From positions 672,001-736,000 of the forward strand of contig CAWCAG010000005.1 in assembly GCA_963793425.1 (NCBI GenBank): a DNA stretch of 64,000 bases, read 5' to 3'. Below are positions 10,482 to 20,505 of the stretch, in pieces (position 1 is the first letter of the stretch; every line of letters begins with the position of its first letter). The notes under the pieces are model-generated. The model saw only the letters and a list, made by a program, of their open reading frames with translations. It did not search any database and was not told where the DNA came from. Source of the DNA: an uncultured cyanobacterium (GTDB lineage Bacteria; Cyanobacteriota; Cyanobacteriia; Cyanobacteriales; CAWCAG01). A program made the position numbers and the translations under genes.

Positions 10482-10703
10482 ATGACCTATTTTGAACAGC
10501 TTTACCCTTGGTGCATTATCAAACCCGTAGCCGATGTGCAGTGGCGAGTACTCGCTCGTTTTCGTCGTCGTAATGATGCAGAAGCACACCTACAAGTGTT
10601 GCGGCGATTAATTCCTGATGTTAGCTACCAGATTATTTTCGATGTGAAGCTAGAGAAAGAAGAAAATCACCCAGAGCAACCCAAAATTCTGGAAAAAGTT
10701 TAA
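10482..10703 (+). CDS. Small conserved-type cyanobacterial protein
   Basis: MTYFEQLYPWCII...ARFRRRNDAEAHLQVLRRLIP...YQIIFD; compact alpha/beta pattern. Confidence 0.75.
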   Translation: MTYFEQLYPWCIIKPVADVQWRVLARFRRRNDAEAHLQVLRRLIPDVSYQIIFDVKLEKEENHPEQPKILEKV

Positions 10704-11006
10704 ATAATAACTACACCATCATCGTTTGCTCACTTTTGAATTATAGCCTCTGCCTTTGCTTGAATATCCCTTGTTATGAACTGGTACGTGTGTTTCCCAA
10801 AAAATAAGGCGAGGCTAATTTTTTTTCTTTACATTTGGTTATGATAAATTTCTGCTTTCTGACTTTCAGGGGAACTGGAAGACTAGTAAACAAGCTACAA
10901 GATGTCGCTTTTTTCTGTACATCACTTTCTTATCCCCTACTTCCCAAAATTTCTCTGATCGGGATGCTTTAGAGGCGATAATTGAAGATGTTATTAGTCA
11001 TCAAAA

Positions 11007-12008
11007 GTGATGAAACATCTTAGTTATAAATTTCTTGCTAGCTTTAGTGTTGTTGCCGCTATTTGTGGTGTAACCTTAGCTGCCTCCGCCCAAACACTGC
11101 CAGTTAGTGTTGCGGTTGCCCCTAGAAATGCAGAAGATTTATTTTATCAAGGCATTGAAAAGTATCAACAGGGCAACTATCAAGGGGCTATTGAAGATTT
11201 TAATCAAGTACTTGAGCTTAATCCTAACCACTACCCAACTTACTACAATCGGGGGTATATCCGTTATAGTCTTAGGGATTATCGCGGGGCAATAGAAGAT
11301 TATAATCTGGCTCTAAAAATTAATCCTGACTTTACTGAAGCATATAATAATCGCGGTTTAGCCCGACGCAAATTACGAGATTATCAAGGGGCAATAGAAG
11401 ATTATAACCGCGCTTTACGTCTTAATAGTAATTATGCCCAAGCCTACGTTAATCGAGGCTACGCCCGTTATCTTTCCGGGCAATACCAAGAGGCGATCGC
11501 CGATTTTAATCAGGGTTTAAAAATAGATCCTAATTTCCCTGAAGCGTACAGTAATAGAGGTTTGGCACTACGCCAATTAGGAAAATACTCTGAAGCAATA
11601 GAAGATTATAATCGCGCTTTACAACTTAATAGTAATTATGCTCAAGCCTATGTTAATCGTGGGGTAGCTTACTTTTATTTAAAAAAAGATTCTCAAGCCC
11701 TAGAAGATTATAATCGCGCCTTGAGTATAGATCCTAACAGCGATGAAGCTTACCTCAATCGGGGAGTAGTGCGCCGTCAAAGGGGAGATACCCAAGGTGC
11801 GATCACCGATTATAGTCAAGCAATTAGACTCAACTCTCAGTATACAGAAGCCTATCTGAATAGAGGCATTGCTCGTTATTATTTAGGGGATACTAAAGGT
11901 GCAATTGAAGATACGAAAAAGGCTGCTTCTTTAGCACAACAACAAGGTTATACCAGCGCCTATCAACGGGCGCAAAAACACTTGCAGGTGTTTAGAAATA
12001 GCCAGTAA
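11007..12008 (+). CDS. Exported tetratricopeptide repeat protein
   Basis: Signal peptide plus eight 34-aa TPR units (AYxNRG...AIEDYNRAL). Confidence 0.93.
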   Translation: MMKHLSYKFLASFSVVAAICGVTLAASAQTLPVSVAVAPRNAEDLFYQGIEKYQQGNYQGAIEDFNQVLELNPNHYPTYYNRGYIRYSLRDYRGAIEDYNLALKINPDFTEAYNNRGLARRKLRDYQGAIEDYNRALRLNSNYAQAYVNRGYARYLSGQYQEAIADFNQGLKIDPNFPEAYSNRGLALRQLGKYSEAIEDYNRALQLNSNYAQAYVNRGVAYFYLKKDSQALEDYNRALSIDPNSDEAYLNRGVVRRQRGDTQGAITDYSQAIRLNSQYTEAYLNRGIARYYLGDTKGAIEDTKKAASLAQQQGYTSAYQRAQKHLQVFRNSQ

Positions 12009-12035
12009 TAGTTAATATTAATTAAAGTCTAGCCT

Positions 12036-12785
12036 TCAAACCTTGCCAAAACGCCGGTTACGATTTTGATAAGCTAACAAAGCCTTATGAAATTCTACCC
12101 GATTAAAATCTGGCCACAAGGTTGAAGTTACATAAATCTCCGCATAAGCCATTTGCCATAGCAGGAAATTACTCAAACGCATTTCCCCACTGGTACGAAT
12201 CAACAAATCAGGATGAGAAAGTTGTGCCGTATAGAGGCTTTTCTCAAACACCTCCTCATCAATCTCTTCCACTGTGAGAATACCTTGTTGAACTTGAGAA
12301 GCGATTTCTCGACAAGCTTGGAGAATTTCTTGCCTGCCTCCATAATTAGTCGCCACCGTAAATTGGATACCTTGGTTATTTTTGGTATCTTCCATCGATC
12401 GAAAAATCTCGTCTTGTAGGGAGTCCGGTAGGGCGCTTAAGTTGCCAATAAAACGAATTCTGACATCTTCTGTCATCATCTCTGCCAATTCTCGTCGCAA
12501 CACCCTTTCAAATAGGGTCATTAAGAAATCTACTTCTTCTAAAGGTCGGCCCCAATTTTCCGTAGAAAAAGCGTAGGCAGTTAAGGCAGGAATCCCCCAA
12601 TCTCGACAACAGCGCAGCAAATCTTTTAAAACATCTACACCCCTACGATGACCCATAATTCTTGGTCGCCCCTTACCCTTTGCCCAGCGGCCATTGCCAT
12701 CCATAATTGCTGCCACATGGCGAGGCAAACGATTTTGATCTAAATCTGGGGGTAACTGTTCTAACACACTTGGCTTGGCAGTCAT
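12036..12785 (-). CDS. uppS: Isoprenyl transferase (undecaprenyl diphosphate synthase)
   Basis: [36 protein letters not shown]. Confidence 0.96.
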   Translation of the reverse strand: MTAKPSVLEQLPPDLDQNRLPRHVAAIMDGNGRWAKGKGRPRIMGHRRGVDVLKDLLRCCRDWGIPALTAYAFSTENWGRPLEEVDFLMTLFERVLRRELAEMMTEDVRIRFIGNLSALPDSLQDEIFRSMEDTKNNQGIQFTVATNYGGRQEILQACREIASQVQQGILTVEEIDEEVFEKSLYTAQLSHPDLLIRTSGEMRLSNFLLWQMAYAEIYVTSTLWPDFNRVEFHKALLAYQNRNRRFGKV

Positions 12786-13702
12786 TTCTTCTTTTTGAAG
12801 GTTGATGACGGAAAACGAAGGATACGCTCTAGTAACGCTAGTCCTTGGGAACCTAAAAGGCGACCCAAACGACCTAAACCAGGGGCCACAGCCTCTCGGT
12901 CAACCACAGGAGAGAACCTTGCTTCCAATAGCTCTTTTAGTTTACTGCTAGTCAACGGTCGGTTTAAGTTTCTCTTTTCAGCTAAAGATATAGAACCAGT
13001 TTCTTCTGATACAACTATACATAAACATTTTTCCACCCTTTCGGTAATCCCCATAGCTGCCCGATGGCGAGTACCTAATTGTCGTGAAGCTATACGTTCA
13101 GACAAAGGCAAAATCACCCCAGCCGCAGCAATACGAGAACCACGAACTAATACAGCCCCGTCGTGGAGTAAAGTTGAGGTTTGGAAAATAGTTTGCAATA
13201 ATTCCTTAGAAATTTCCGCATTGATAACAACTCCAGGAACCGAGAAATCTCGTTCGTCAATAGGAGTTCCTGTTTCCATGATAATTAGAGCGCCAGTACG
13301 ATTTTGAGATAATTGTTTAACCGCATCAACAATTTCATTAATGACATTATCAGGATCTGGTAACAAGCGGCGGGTGGGTTTTTGCCATAATTGCTTGATC
13401 TCTCCCCGCCCTAAGCGTTCTAAAAATTGACGAAACTCTGACTGGAAAATAACAGCCATAGCAACAGAAGAACCGACCACGAGTTTTTCTAGCAAAAAAC
13501 TCAACAATTCTAGGTTAAGTCTATTGCTTATAACCGCAGCTAGCATGAGAATAATTAATCCTCTGACCATCCATAGGGTACGACGCTCTCCAATAATTAG
13601 GAGAACGAGATAGGTAAGAGCGAGAACCAATCCAATATCCAGGCTATGAACTAACCAAGATTGAATTTCCCGGAGGTCAGGAAGTGAACCCGACAAAGGC
13701 AT
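12782..13702 (-). CDS. cdaA: Diadenylate cyclase CdaA
   Basis: Three N-terminal TM helices; DAC motifs LHDGA and GTRHRAA; lysA-cdaA-uppS order. Confidence 0.95.
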   Translation of the reverse strand: MPLSGSLPDLREIQSWLVHSLDIGLVLALTYLVLLIIGERRTLWMVRGLIILMLAAVISNRLNLELLSFLLEKLVVGSSVAMAVIFQSEFRQFLERLGRGEIKQLWQKPTRRLLPDPDNVINEIVDAVKQLSQNRTGALIIMETGTPIDERDFSVPGVVINAEISKELLQTIFQTSTLLHDGAVLVRGSRIAAAGVILPLSERIASRQLGTRHRAAMGITERVEKCLCIVVSEETGSISLAEKRNLNRPLTSSKLKELLEARFSPVVDREAVAPGLGRLGRLLGSQGLALLERILRFPSSTFKKKK

Positions 13703-13742
13703 TACTTATACTTAAAGTGAAATAATGCTTGTACTTACTCAA

Positions 13743-15185
13743 TCAGTGGCGATCAAGTAACTTGTTTTGAACAAGTCTTTCTGGCAAACAATCTTGCTTA
13801 ATTAAATCTTGATAGGTTTCCCTTTGAATAATTAAGTTAGCTTCCCCTTTATACACTAAAACAGTAGCTGGGCGGGGTAAGCGATTGTAGTTAGAGGCCA
13901 TACTATAGTTATAAGCTCCAGTAGCCAAAACTGCGAGAATATCCCTCGGTTCTAGTTTCGGAAGAAGTATATCTTTGATGACAATATCCCCTGATTCGCA
14001 ATGCTTTCCGGCAATTGTAACAGTTTCTTGGAAAACTGCCGACATTCGGTTAGCCACAACGGCCCGATAATCTGATTGATAGGTTATAGGACGAGGATTA
14101 TCTGACATACCACCGTCTACAGAAACATAGGTTCTCATGCCTGGTATTTCTTTACGACTGCCGACCCGATAAGCGGTGATGCAAGCTGAACCGATCAGCG
14201 ATCGCCCTGGTTCAACAATCAGCTTGGGTAGGGGGATTTGTTTACTTTGGCAAGCTTTTTCCATGGCTTGGCAGGCAGCTTTGACCCATTCATCAATACT
14301 AGGGGGATCATCTGTTTCTGTGTAGCGAATACCTAAACCACCACCGATATTTAATTCTTTGATGGCTAAGCCATATTCTTCTGCTTTCTCTAGCCATTCT
14401 ACTAAAACCCCAGCTAAATCTTGATGGGGTTGGCTCTCAAAAATTTGAGAACCGATATGGGCATGAAGACCGACACAGTTTAGAGTAGGCTGTTCTTTGA
14501 GGAAGCTAAAAACTTTAGGTAGCTGATGAGGATCGAAGCCAAATTTACTATCAAGATGACCTGTACGGATATATTCGTGAGTATGGCACTCAATGCCAGG
14601 AGTGATACGAACCATAACCCGGAGGGGTTTGCTCAATATTCCGGAGAGAGAATATTCTTTCGTCATTTCAGCCAACATCTCTAACTCAAGCCAGTTATCA
14701 ATAATCACGCTACAGCGATTATCAATGGCGAGTTGTAATTCTGCGGCTGATTTATTGTTACCGTGGAAATAAATTTTTTCTGGACTAACCTCAGCTTGTA
14801 AAGCCGTATAAAGTTCTCCCCCAGAAACTACATCTAAGCCTAGTCCTTCGCTATCGACGATGGCACAAATTGCTAAACAACTCCAAGCTTTGGAAGCATA
14901 AATAACTAAAGATTCTCCAGGGTAATATTTAGCCAGGGCATCTCGATATTGGCGACAAGAGGCTCTTAAGGTTTCTTCATCCAAAATATAAAGGGGGGAG
15001 CGAAATTGTTCTACTAAGGTAGTTAAATCGCAACCACCAATTTCTAAACAATCTTTTTCATTAACTTTCGCAGTTAAAGGTAAAAGGCTCTGGTTAGGAG
15101 AAATAGGCTTGTCTACATCCCTATCTCTATGGTGAGGTAGATACTGATGTCCTGTTGATTCTAATTGGGGTTGGGTGGATAACAT
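13743..15185 (-). CDS. lysA: Diaminopimelate decarboxylase
   Basis: YASKA (PLP lysine), HIGSQ, EPGRS, CESGD. Confidence 0.96.
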   Translation of the reverse strand: MLSTQPQLESTGHQYLPHHRDRDVDKPISPNQSLLPLTAKVNEKDCLEIGGCDLTTLVEQFRSPLYILDEETLRASCRQYRDALAKYYPGESLVIYASKAWSCLAICAIVDSEGLGLDVVSGGELYTALQAEVSPEKIYFHGNNKSAAELQLAIDNRCSVIIDNWLELEMLAEMTKEYSLSGILSKPLRVMVRITPGIECHTHEYIRTGHLDSKFGFDPHQLPKVFSFLKEQPTLNCVGLHAHIGSQIFESQPHQDLAGVLVEWLEKAEEYGLAIKELNIGGGLGIRYTETDDPPSIDEWVKAACQAMEKACQSKQIPLPKLIVEPGRSLIGSACITAYRVGSRKEIPGMRTYVSVDGGMSDNPRPITYQSDYRAVVANRMSAVFQETVTIAGKHCESGDIVIKDILLPKLEPRDILAVLATGAYNYSMASNYNRLPRPATVLVYKGEANLIIQRETYQDLIKQDCLPERLVQNKLLDRH

Positions 15186-15275
15186 AGTTGTTGTTATTTT
15201 TTGAGTCGCTTTGCTCTGGTGAGCAGAGAGTAGGGAAGAGGGAGTAAAAACCCCACAGATGCCCTTGTTTTTTAA

Positions 15276-15866
15276 GTGTACAATTTCCAGGCTATGACTT
15301 TATCAGAACTTGTTCTTGAACCTCTCAAACCAGAACAGCTTTCTTTAGCTGTGGAATTAGATAAGTTATGTTTGGGAGGGCTTTGGAGCTTAGAAGGATA
15401 TCAAAGAGAATTAGTTAGTCCTAATAGTCAATTTTTGGTGATATCAAGAAATTCTGCCACGGCTTCCCAGCAAAACTTAATTGGTTTAGGTTGCTTTTGG
15501 GCCATTTTAGAAGAAGCTCATATTACTCTTTTAGCTGTTCATCCTGATTACCAAAGTCAGGGACTGGGACAATTATTATTAATTAATTTACTAAAACAAG
15601 CTCGATTTCGTAACCTAGAGCGGGCAACTTTGGAAGTGCGCGAAACCAATCAAGCAGCTTTATCTATCTATCAAAAGTTTGGTTTTCAAATAGCCGGAAA
15701 ACGCCGAGGATATTATCAAAAAACCAACGAGGATGCCTTGATACTGTGGCTTAATCATTTGCAAACAGAAGAATTTGCCCGGAAATTGGCTATTTTGTCG
15801 CAAAAAAACCATCAGTGCTTAGTTTTCTCTGGCTGGGAAATAAGAGCGATCCCCACCTCAGTTTAG
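15276..15866 (+). CDS. rimI: Ribosomal-protein-alanine N-acetyltransferase
   Basis: GNAT motif LAVHPDYQSQGLG, LEVR..N..A..Y...GF; upstream of clpC. Confidence 0.88.
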   Translation: MYNFQAMTLSELVLEPLKPEQLSLAVELDKLCLGGLWSLEGYQRELVSPNSQFLVISRNSATASQQNLIGLGCFWAILEEAHITLLAVHPDYQSQGLGQLLLINLLKQARFRNLERATLEVRETNQAALSIYQKFGFQIAGKRRGYYQKTNEDALILWLNHLQTEEFARKLAILSQKNHQCLVFSGWEIRAIPTSV

Positions 15867-15960
15867 CTTAGCTGAATTTAAGCCACAGCAAGAAATTTGC
15901 CCTATGCTAGAATCAGCTTACAAGGGCAAGCAACAAAGCAACAGGTGATGGGAAAAGATC

Positions 15961-18432
15961 ATGTTTGAACGCTTCACAGAAAAAGCCATTAAGGTGATCA
16001 TGTTGGCTCAGGAAGAGGCACGTCGCCTGGGGCATAATTTTGTAGGTACTGAGCAGATTCTCTTGGGTCTGATTGGTGAAGGAACAGGGGTCGCCGCAAA
16101 AGTGCTGAAATCCATGGGTGTCAATCTCAAAGATGCTCGGATTGAAGTAGAAAAAATTATCGGCCGCGGCTCTGGCTTTGTAGCAGTAGAAATTCCTTTT
16201 ACTCCCAGAGCAAAGCGAGTTCTAGAATTATCTCTAGAAGAAGCTCGTCAACTCGGACACAACTACATTGGCACAGAACACTTACTCCTTGGCTTAATTC
16301 GAGAAGGAGAAGGTGTTGCAGCTAGAGTGCTGGAGAATTTGGGAGTAGACCTATCAAAAGTACGCACCCAGGTGATCCGGATGCTGGGAGAAACAGCAGA
16401 AGTGCCTGCCGGGGGAAGTCAAGGTAGAACAAAAACACCGACTCTCGATGAGTTTGGCTCTAACTTGACCAACTTAGCAGCAGAAGGAAAACTCGACCCC
16501 GTAGTAGGTCGCCAAAAAGAAATTGAAAGGGTAATTCAAATTCTGGGACGGCGTACCAAAAATAACCCGGTTTTAATTGGGGAGCCAGGGGTGGGCAAAA
16601 CAGCGATCGCCGAGGGTTTGGCCCAGCGCATTGCTAATAATGATATTCCTGATATTCTCGAAGAAAAACGAGTTGTTACTCTTGATATCGGTTTATTGGT
16701 GGCTGGAACCAAGTACCGAGGAGAGTTTGAAGAGCGACTCAAAAAAATTATGGATGAAATTCGTCAGGCGGGGAATGTTATTCTCGTAATTGACGAAGTA
16801 CATACCCTCATTGGTGCGGGGGCCGCAGAAGGAGCAATCGATGCTGCCAATATCCTCAAACCAGCTTTAGCGAGGGGAGAATTGCAATGTATCGGTGCGA
16901 CAACCCTGGATGAATATCGTAAACATATTGAAAGGGATGCAGCCTTAGAACGTCGTTTCCAACCAGTTATGGTGGGGGAACCTAGCGTAGAAGAAACCAT
17001 CGAAATTCTCTACGGTTTGCGCGAGCGCTACGAACAACACCATAAGTTAAAGATTCTTGATGAAGCTTTGGATGCTGCAGCCAAACTTTCTGACCGCTAT
17101 ATTTCTGACCGTTACTTACCAGATAAGGCCATTGACTTAGTTGATGAGGCTGGTTCAAGGGTAAGACTTATCAACTCCCAACTGCCCCCCGCAGCCAAGG
17201 AGTTAGATAAGGAAATGCGTCAGATCCTCAAACAAAAAGATGATGCTGTACGGGCCCAAGACTTTGACAAAGCTGGGGAACTGCGGGATCGCGAAATGGA
17301 AATTAAAGCAGAAATTCGGGCGATCGCTTCGGCGAAAAAAGGTGAAGGTGAAGGAGAAGATGCCAATCAAGTGGTAGATGCAGAGGAAATTGCTCACATC
17401 GTTGCCTCTTGGACAGGGGTTCCAGTCAACAAGCTCACGGAATCTGAGTCTGAGAAACTGCTCCATATGGAAGACACCCTCCACCAACGCTTAATCGGGC
17501 AAGAAGAGGCGGTGAGGGCTGTTTCTCGTGCTATTCGCCGAGCTAGGGTTGGTTTAAAAAATCCTAATCGACCTATTGCTAGTTTTGTTTTCTCCGGTCC
17601 TACTGGGGTTGGTAAAACTGAATTGGCTAAATCTTTGGCAGCTTACTTCTTTGGCTCTGAAGATGCCATGATTCGCCTGGATATGTCGGAATTTATGGAG
17701 CGCCATACAGTTTCTAAACTAATTGGCTCTCCTCCGGGATATGTGGGTTACAACGAAGGGGGACAATTAACCGAAGCAGTACGCCGTCGTCCTTATACCG
17801 TGGTGCTATTCGATGAAATCGAAAAAGCTCACCCCGATGTCTTTAATATGCTGCTACAAATCTTGGAAGATGGTCGCCTAACTGACGCGAAGGGTCGTAC
17901 CGTAGATTTCAAGAATACCCTACTGATCATGACCTCTAATATCGGTTCTAAGGTTATTGAAAAAGGTGGCGGTGGTTTAGGTTTCGAGTTCAGCGATGAT
18001 TTGGCTGAATCTCAGTATAACCGCATTCGTTCTTTGGTTAACGAAGAACTGAAACAGTACTTCCGTCCTGAATTCCTTAACCGTCTTGATGAGATTATTG
18101 TCTTCCGTCAACTTAATAAAGAAGAGGTCAAGGAGATCGCCGAAATCTTACTTAAGGAAGTCTTTGGAAGGCTTACGGAGCAAGAAATTACTCTGGAAGT
18201 AAGCAATCGCTTTAAAGAGCGTTTAGTAGAAGAAGGTTACAATCCTGCCTATGGTGCTAGGCCTTTACGTCGCGCCATTATGCGTCTTTTAGAAGATGTC
18301 TTAGCAGAAGAAATCCTTTCTGCTCGCATTGGCGCAGGAGATACTGCCTACGTTGATGTTGATGATGATGGCAAGGTGAAAGTAACTGCTAGCGAAACTA
18401 AGCGAGATTTAATAGCTCAAGGTGCTGAGTAA
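15961..18432 (+). CDS. clpC: ATP-dependent Clp protease ATP-binding subunit ClpC
   Basis: [10 protein letters not shown]-terminus; two Walker A motifs ([16 protein letters not shown]); GGLGF loop. Confidence 0.98.
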   Translation: MFERFTEKAIKVIMLAQEEARRLGHNFVGTEQILLGLIGEGTGVAAKVLKSMGVNLKDARIEVEKIIGRGSGFVAVEIPFTPRAKRVLELSLEEARQLGHNYIGTEHLLLGLIREGEGVAARVLENLGVDLSKVRTQVIRMLGETAEVPAGGSQGRTKTPTLDEFGSNLTNLAAEGKLDPVVGRQKEIERVIQILGRRTKNNPVLIGEPGVGKTAIAEGLAQRIANNDIPDILEEKRVVTLDIGLLVAGTKYRGEFEERLKKIMDEIRQAGNVILVIDEVHTLIGAGAAEGAIDAANILKPALARGELQCIGATTLDEYRKHIERDAALERRFQPVMVGEPSVEETIEILYGLRERYEQHHKLKILDEALDAAAKLSDRYISDRYLPDKAIDLVDEAGSRVRLINSQLPPAAKELDKEMRQILKQKDDAVRAQDFDKAGELRDREMEIKAEIRAIASAKKGEGEGEDANQVVDAEEIAHIVASWTGVPVNKLTESESEKLLHMEDTLHQRLIGQEEAVRAVSRAIRRARVGLKNPNRPIASFVFSGPTGVGKTELAKSLAAYFFGSEDAMIRLDMSEFMERHTVSKLIGSPPGYVGYNEGGQLTEAVRRRPYTVVLFDEIEKAHPDVFNMLLQILEDGRLTDAKGRTVDFKNTLLIMTSNIGSKVIEKGGGGLGFEFSDDLAESQYNRIRSLVNEELKQYFRPEFLNRLDEIIVFRQLNKEEVKEIAEILLKEVFGRLTEQEITLEVSNRFKERLVEEGYNPAYGARPLRRAIMRLLEDVLAEEILSARIGAGDTAYVDVDDDGKVKVTASETKRDLIAQGAE

Positions 18433-18461
18433 ACTTTTATTGACAGTATCTTAAAAATTGA

Positions 18462-18500
18462 GCGGTGGGTAAGCCAAAAATTTTCCCACCGTTTTTCTTT
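18462..18500 (+). terminator. clpC terminator
   Basis: cggtggg...cccaccg stem followed by tttttctttt. Confidence 0.65.
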
Positions 18501-18526
18501 TGTTGTCAAAACAAAAAGAGGATGTC

Positions 18527-18650
18527 ATACTAGACCCGGTTTACTAGCACAGGTTATTTGTGAGGGTAGGGAGTAGGGAGCAGGGAGCAAGGGTTGGAGA
18601 ACTTTATTCGGTCGATTTTATAGCGGGCCTATCATAACCGGATTTGGTAT
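18527..18650. mobile_element. MITE-like element (~124 bp) with internal STRR
   Basis: Imperfect terminal inverted repeats atactagacccggtt / aaccggatttggtat; internal tagggag repeats; its right ~60 bp recurs at 42425-42487. Confidence 0.65.
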
Positions 18651-18772
18651 CATACCGAATCAAATAAAAACCGCCGCTGTGGTGAGGGCGGTTCATATAA
18701 GCAATCGGAGGGTTTTCTTAGCTTACAATGACGACTTTTTAGGGTTTGTAGCTTACTTTACTGATTCGACAG

Positions 18773-19750
18773 TTATTTATCGGAATAAGCTGCCATTGGC
18801 TCTTTAATAAAGCGGATATAGAAGTGTTTAAAGGTTGAACGCAGAATGCGAGGAAAACCAAAATCTATGGGCAACAGTGCTGCGGGGAGTTTCCAATCAG
18901 AGACTTGCAAATCTACGGGGCGTTGGTGGGGGAAGTTAATCTCTGCTAACTCTGGACATAATCCTAAACGTTGAGAGGCTGCCACTGTAGGGACTAAAGC
19001 GGGTTCAACCTGAAGTAGTTCCACCAAAGCACGATCTAAGGCAAATACATCTGTAGATGCGCCGAGAATCCCTAATTGGCGAGGTTCTCCTCCACTGGGA
19101 CCATTGCCTTCATGACCAATGATACCATCAATAATGGTTAAATCTGGGCTAATTGCTCTAGCCGTTTCTACTAACATCTCTCCAAAACGGTTAGCATCTT
19201 TGCCCGCTTCCATATGCCACCAAGCTTTCATTTTACCGGGAACGCAACCAAAGAGATTTTTGACTGCCATTGTCATGGTGAGTTGAACGTGGGATTTAAC
19301 TTTAGGTAAATTAATCACTACATCTGCATTCATAGCTTCTTTGGAGAGACGGAGATGATTAAAGTTATCATTTTCGGTTGCATAACGCTGCCCATGAAAT
19401 TCCACGATAGGTAAGTTAAGTTGTTCCATCATGGGTAAATAGCCATTATTTTTTGCTACTCCCATCGCACTACCAAAAGCAGGGCTGTCCCCAAAAAAAG
19501 GTTCTCCCCCTACTTCTTTTACCAATTCTGCAACACAAGCAACAATTTCTAGGCGAGTGATAGATTCATTGCCAGGGCGGGCAGCAGTAAGTAAGTTTGG
19601 TTTAAGCAGTACGCGATCGCCTTTTTTAACGAAAGCAGCTATTCCTCCTAAAGGTTCGAGGAGTTTTTCTATGGAGTTACGTAGTGCTTGTTTTTGATAG
19701 GATTGGGCGGATATTAAACTAACGGTGGGTTGCATAGGAAGATTTAACAA
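18773..19750 (-). CDS. DUF362 domain protein
   Basis: VLLKPNLL, INLPKVKSH, AVKNLFG, EGNGPSGG. Confidence 0.9.
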   Translation of the reverse strand: MLNLPMQPTVSLISAQSYQKQALRNSIEKLLEPLGGIAAFVKKGDRVLLKPNLLTAARPGNESITRLEIVACVAELVKEVGGEPFFGDSPAFGSAMGVAKNNGYLPMMEQLNLPIVEFHGQRYATENDNFNHLRLSKEAMNADVVINLPKVKSHVQLTMTMAVKNLFGCVPGKMKAWWHMEAGKDANRFGEMLVETARAISPDLTIIDGIIGHEGNGPSGGEPRQLGILGASTDVFALDRALVELLQVEPALVPTVAASQRLGLCPELAEINFPHQRPVDLQVSDWKLPAALLPIDFGFPRILRSTFKHFYIRFIKEPMAAYSDK

Positions 19751-19777
19751 CTATAAATTGTCTTTAACATAAACTAG

Positions 19778-19817
19778 GTTATGTCATTTATCATTGATCA
19801 TTAAACATTAAACATTT
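19778..19817. repeat. Heptamer array (aatgatc/aatgttt type), also at ~34205-34237 and ~42048-42076
   Basis: The reverse complement aatgtttaatgtttaatgatcaatgataaatgacataac matches the other two arrays. Confidence 0.6.
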
Positions 19818-19831
19818 TATTTCTTGCATCC

Positions 19832-20458
19832 TTGGCATGGGGGAATAATATTATGACAACAACCTTACTTATTCAAACTGAAACCACTCCTTTGACTGTC
19901 TTTGTACCGGCGATCGCTCCCATGACTCGCGATCAGTTTTATGGCTTTTGCCAAGCTAACCGCGACCTACGTATTGAACTAACTGCTACTGGAGAAGTTA
20001 TCATTATGCCACCTGCTTTTTCAGACACCGGAAACCGCAATTTTAATATTGCCCTCAAGCTCGGTATTTGGTCTGAGAAGGATGGTACAGGGCTGGGTTT
20101 TGACTCCAGTGCAGGGTTTACCCTCCCCAATGGAGCAGTACATTCCCCTGATGCTGCTTGGATTAAGTCCCAAAGGTGGAATGCCCTTACTGAGGAAGAA
20201 AAGGCCTCTTTTGCACCCATTTGTCCAGATTTTGTTATTGAGTTACGTTCTGCTAGCGATACATTAAGCAGCCTTAAAGCTAAGATGCAAGAATATATTG
20301 ATAATGGCGTATTACTAGGTTGGTTGATTGATCGCCGAAATCGCACTGTTTATATTTATCGCCCTAATCAAGATCCTCAAGTTTTAGAAAATCCAGATCA
20401 AGTTAGTGGTGAGCCAGAATTACTAGGTTTCAGCTTACCAATGGCGAAAATTTGGTGA
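19832..20458 (+). CDS. Uma2 family PD-(D/E)xK endonuclease-like protein
   Basis: FDSSAGFTLPNGA..SPDAAW, CPDFVIELRS, LGWLID. Likely start is the ATG of MTTTLL. Confidence 0.92.
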   Translation: MAWGNNIMTTTLLIQTETTPLTVFVPAIAPMTRDQFYGFCQANRDLRIELTATGEVIIMPPAFSDTGNRNFNIALKLGIWSEKDGTGLGFDSSAGFTLPNGAVHSPDAAWIKSQRWNALTEEEKASFAPICPDFVIELRSASDTLSSLKAKMQEYIDNGVLLGWLIDRRNRTVYIYRPNQDPQVLENPDQVSGEPELLGFSLPMAKIW

Positions 20459-20465
20459 TATCAAT

Positions 20466-20493
20466 GATGCCTAACGGCAACGGCAAGCCGAAC
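20466..20493. repeat. Short dispersed repeat (SDR-like)
   Basis: gatgcctaacggcaacggcaagccgaac; its reverse complement resembles gttcgcgtagcgttgccgtaggc at 42399-42421. Confidence 0.5.
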
Positions 20494-20505
20494 ATTTATC
20501 ATTTA

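Noticed and set aside
12795..13307. 170-aa antisense ORF, and the similar short ORFs inside secD, clpC, uvrC, NACHT, valS, fusA and tuf
   Set aside because: They overlap well-supported genes on the opposite strand or in another frame and show no motifs.
12036..15185. cdaA as part of a cyclic-nucleotide defence system
   Set aside because: lysA-cdaA-uppS is the ordinary housekeeping arrangement in cyanobacteria and has no effector genes.
19939..20346. Antisense ORFs over both Uma2 genes (also 43269..43736) that resemble each other
   Set aside because: The similarity follows from the paralogy of the sense-strand genes.
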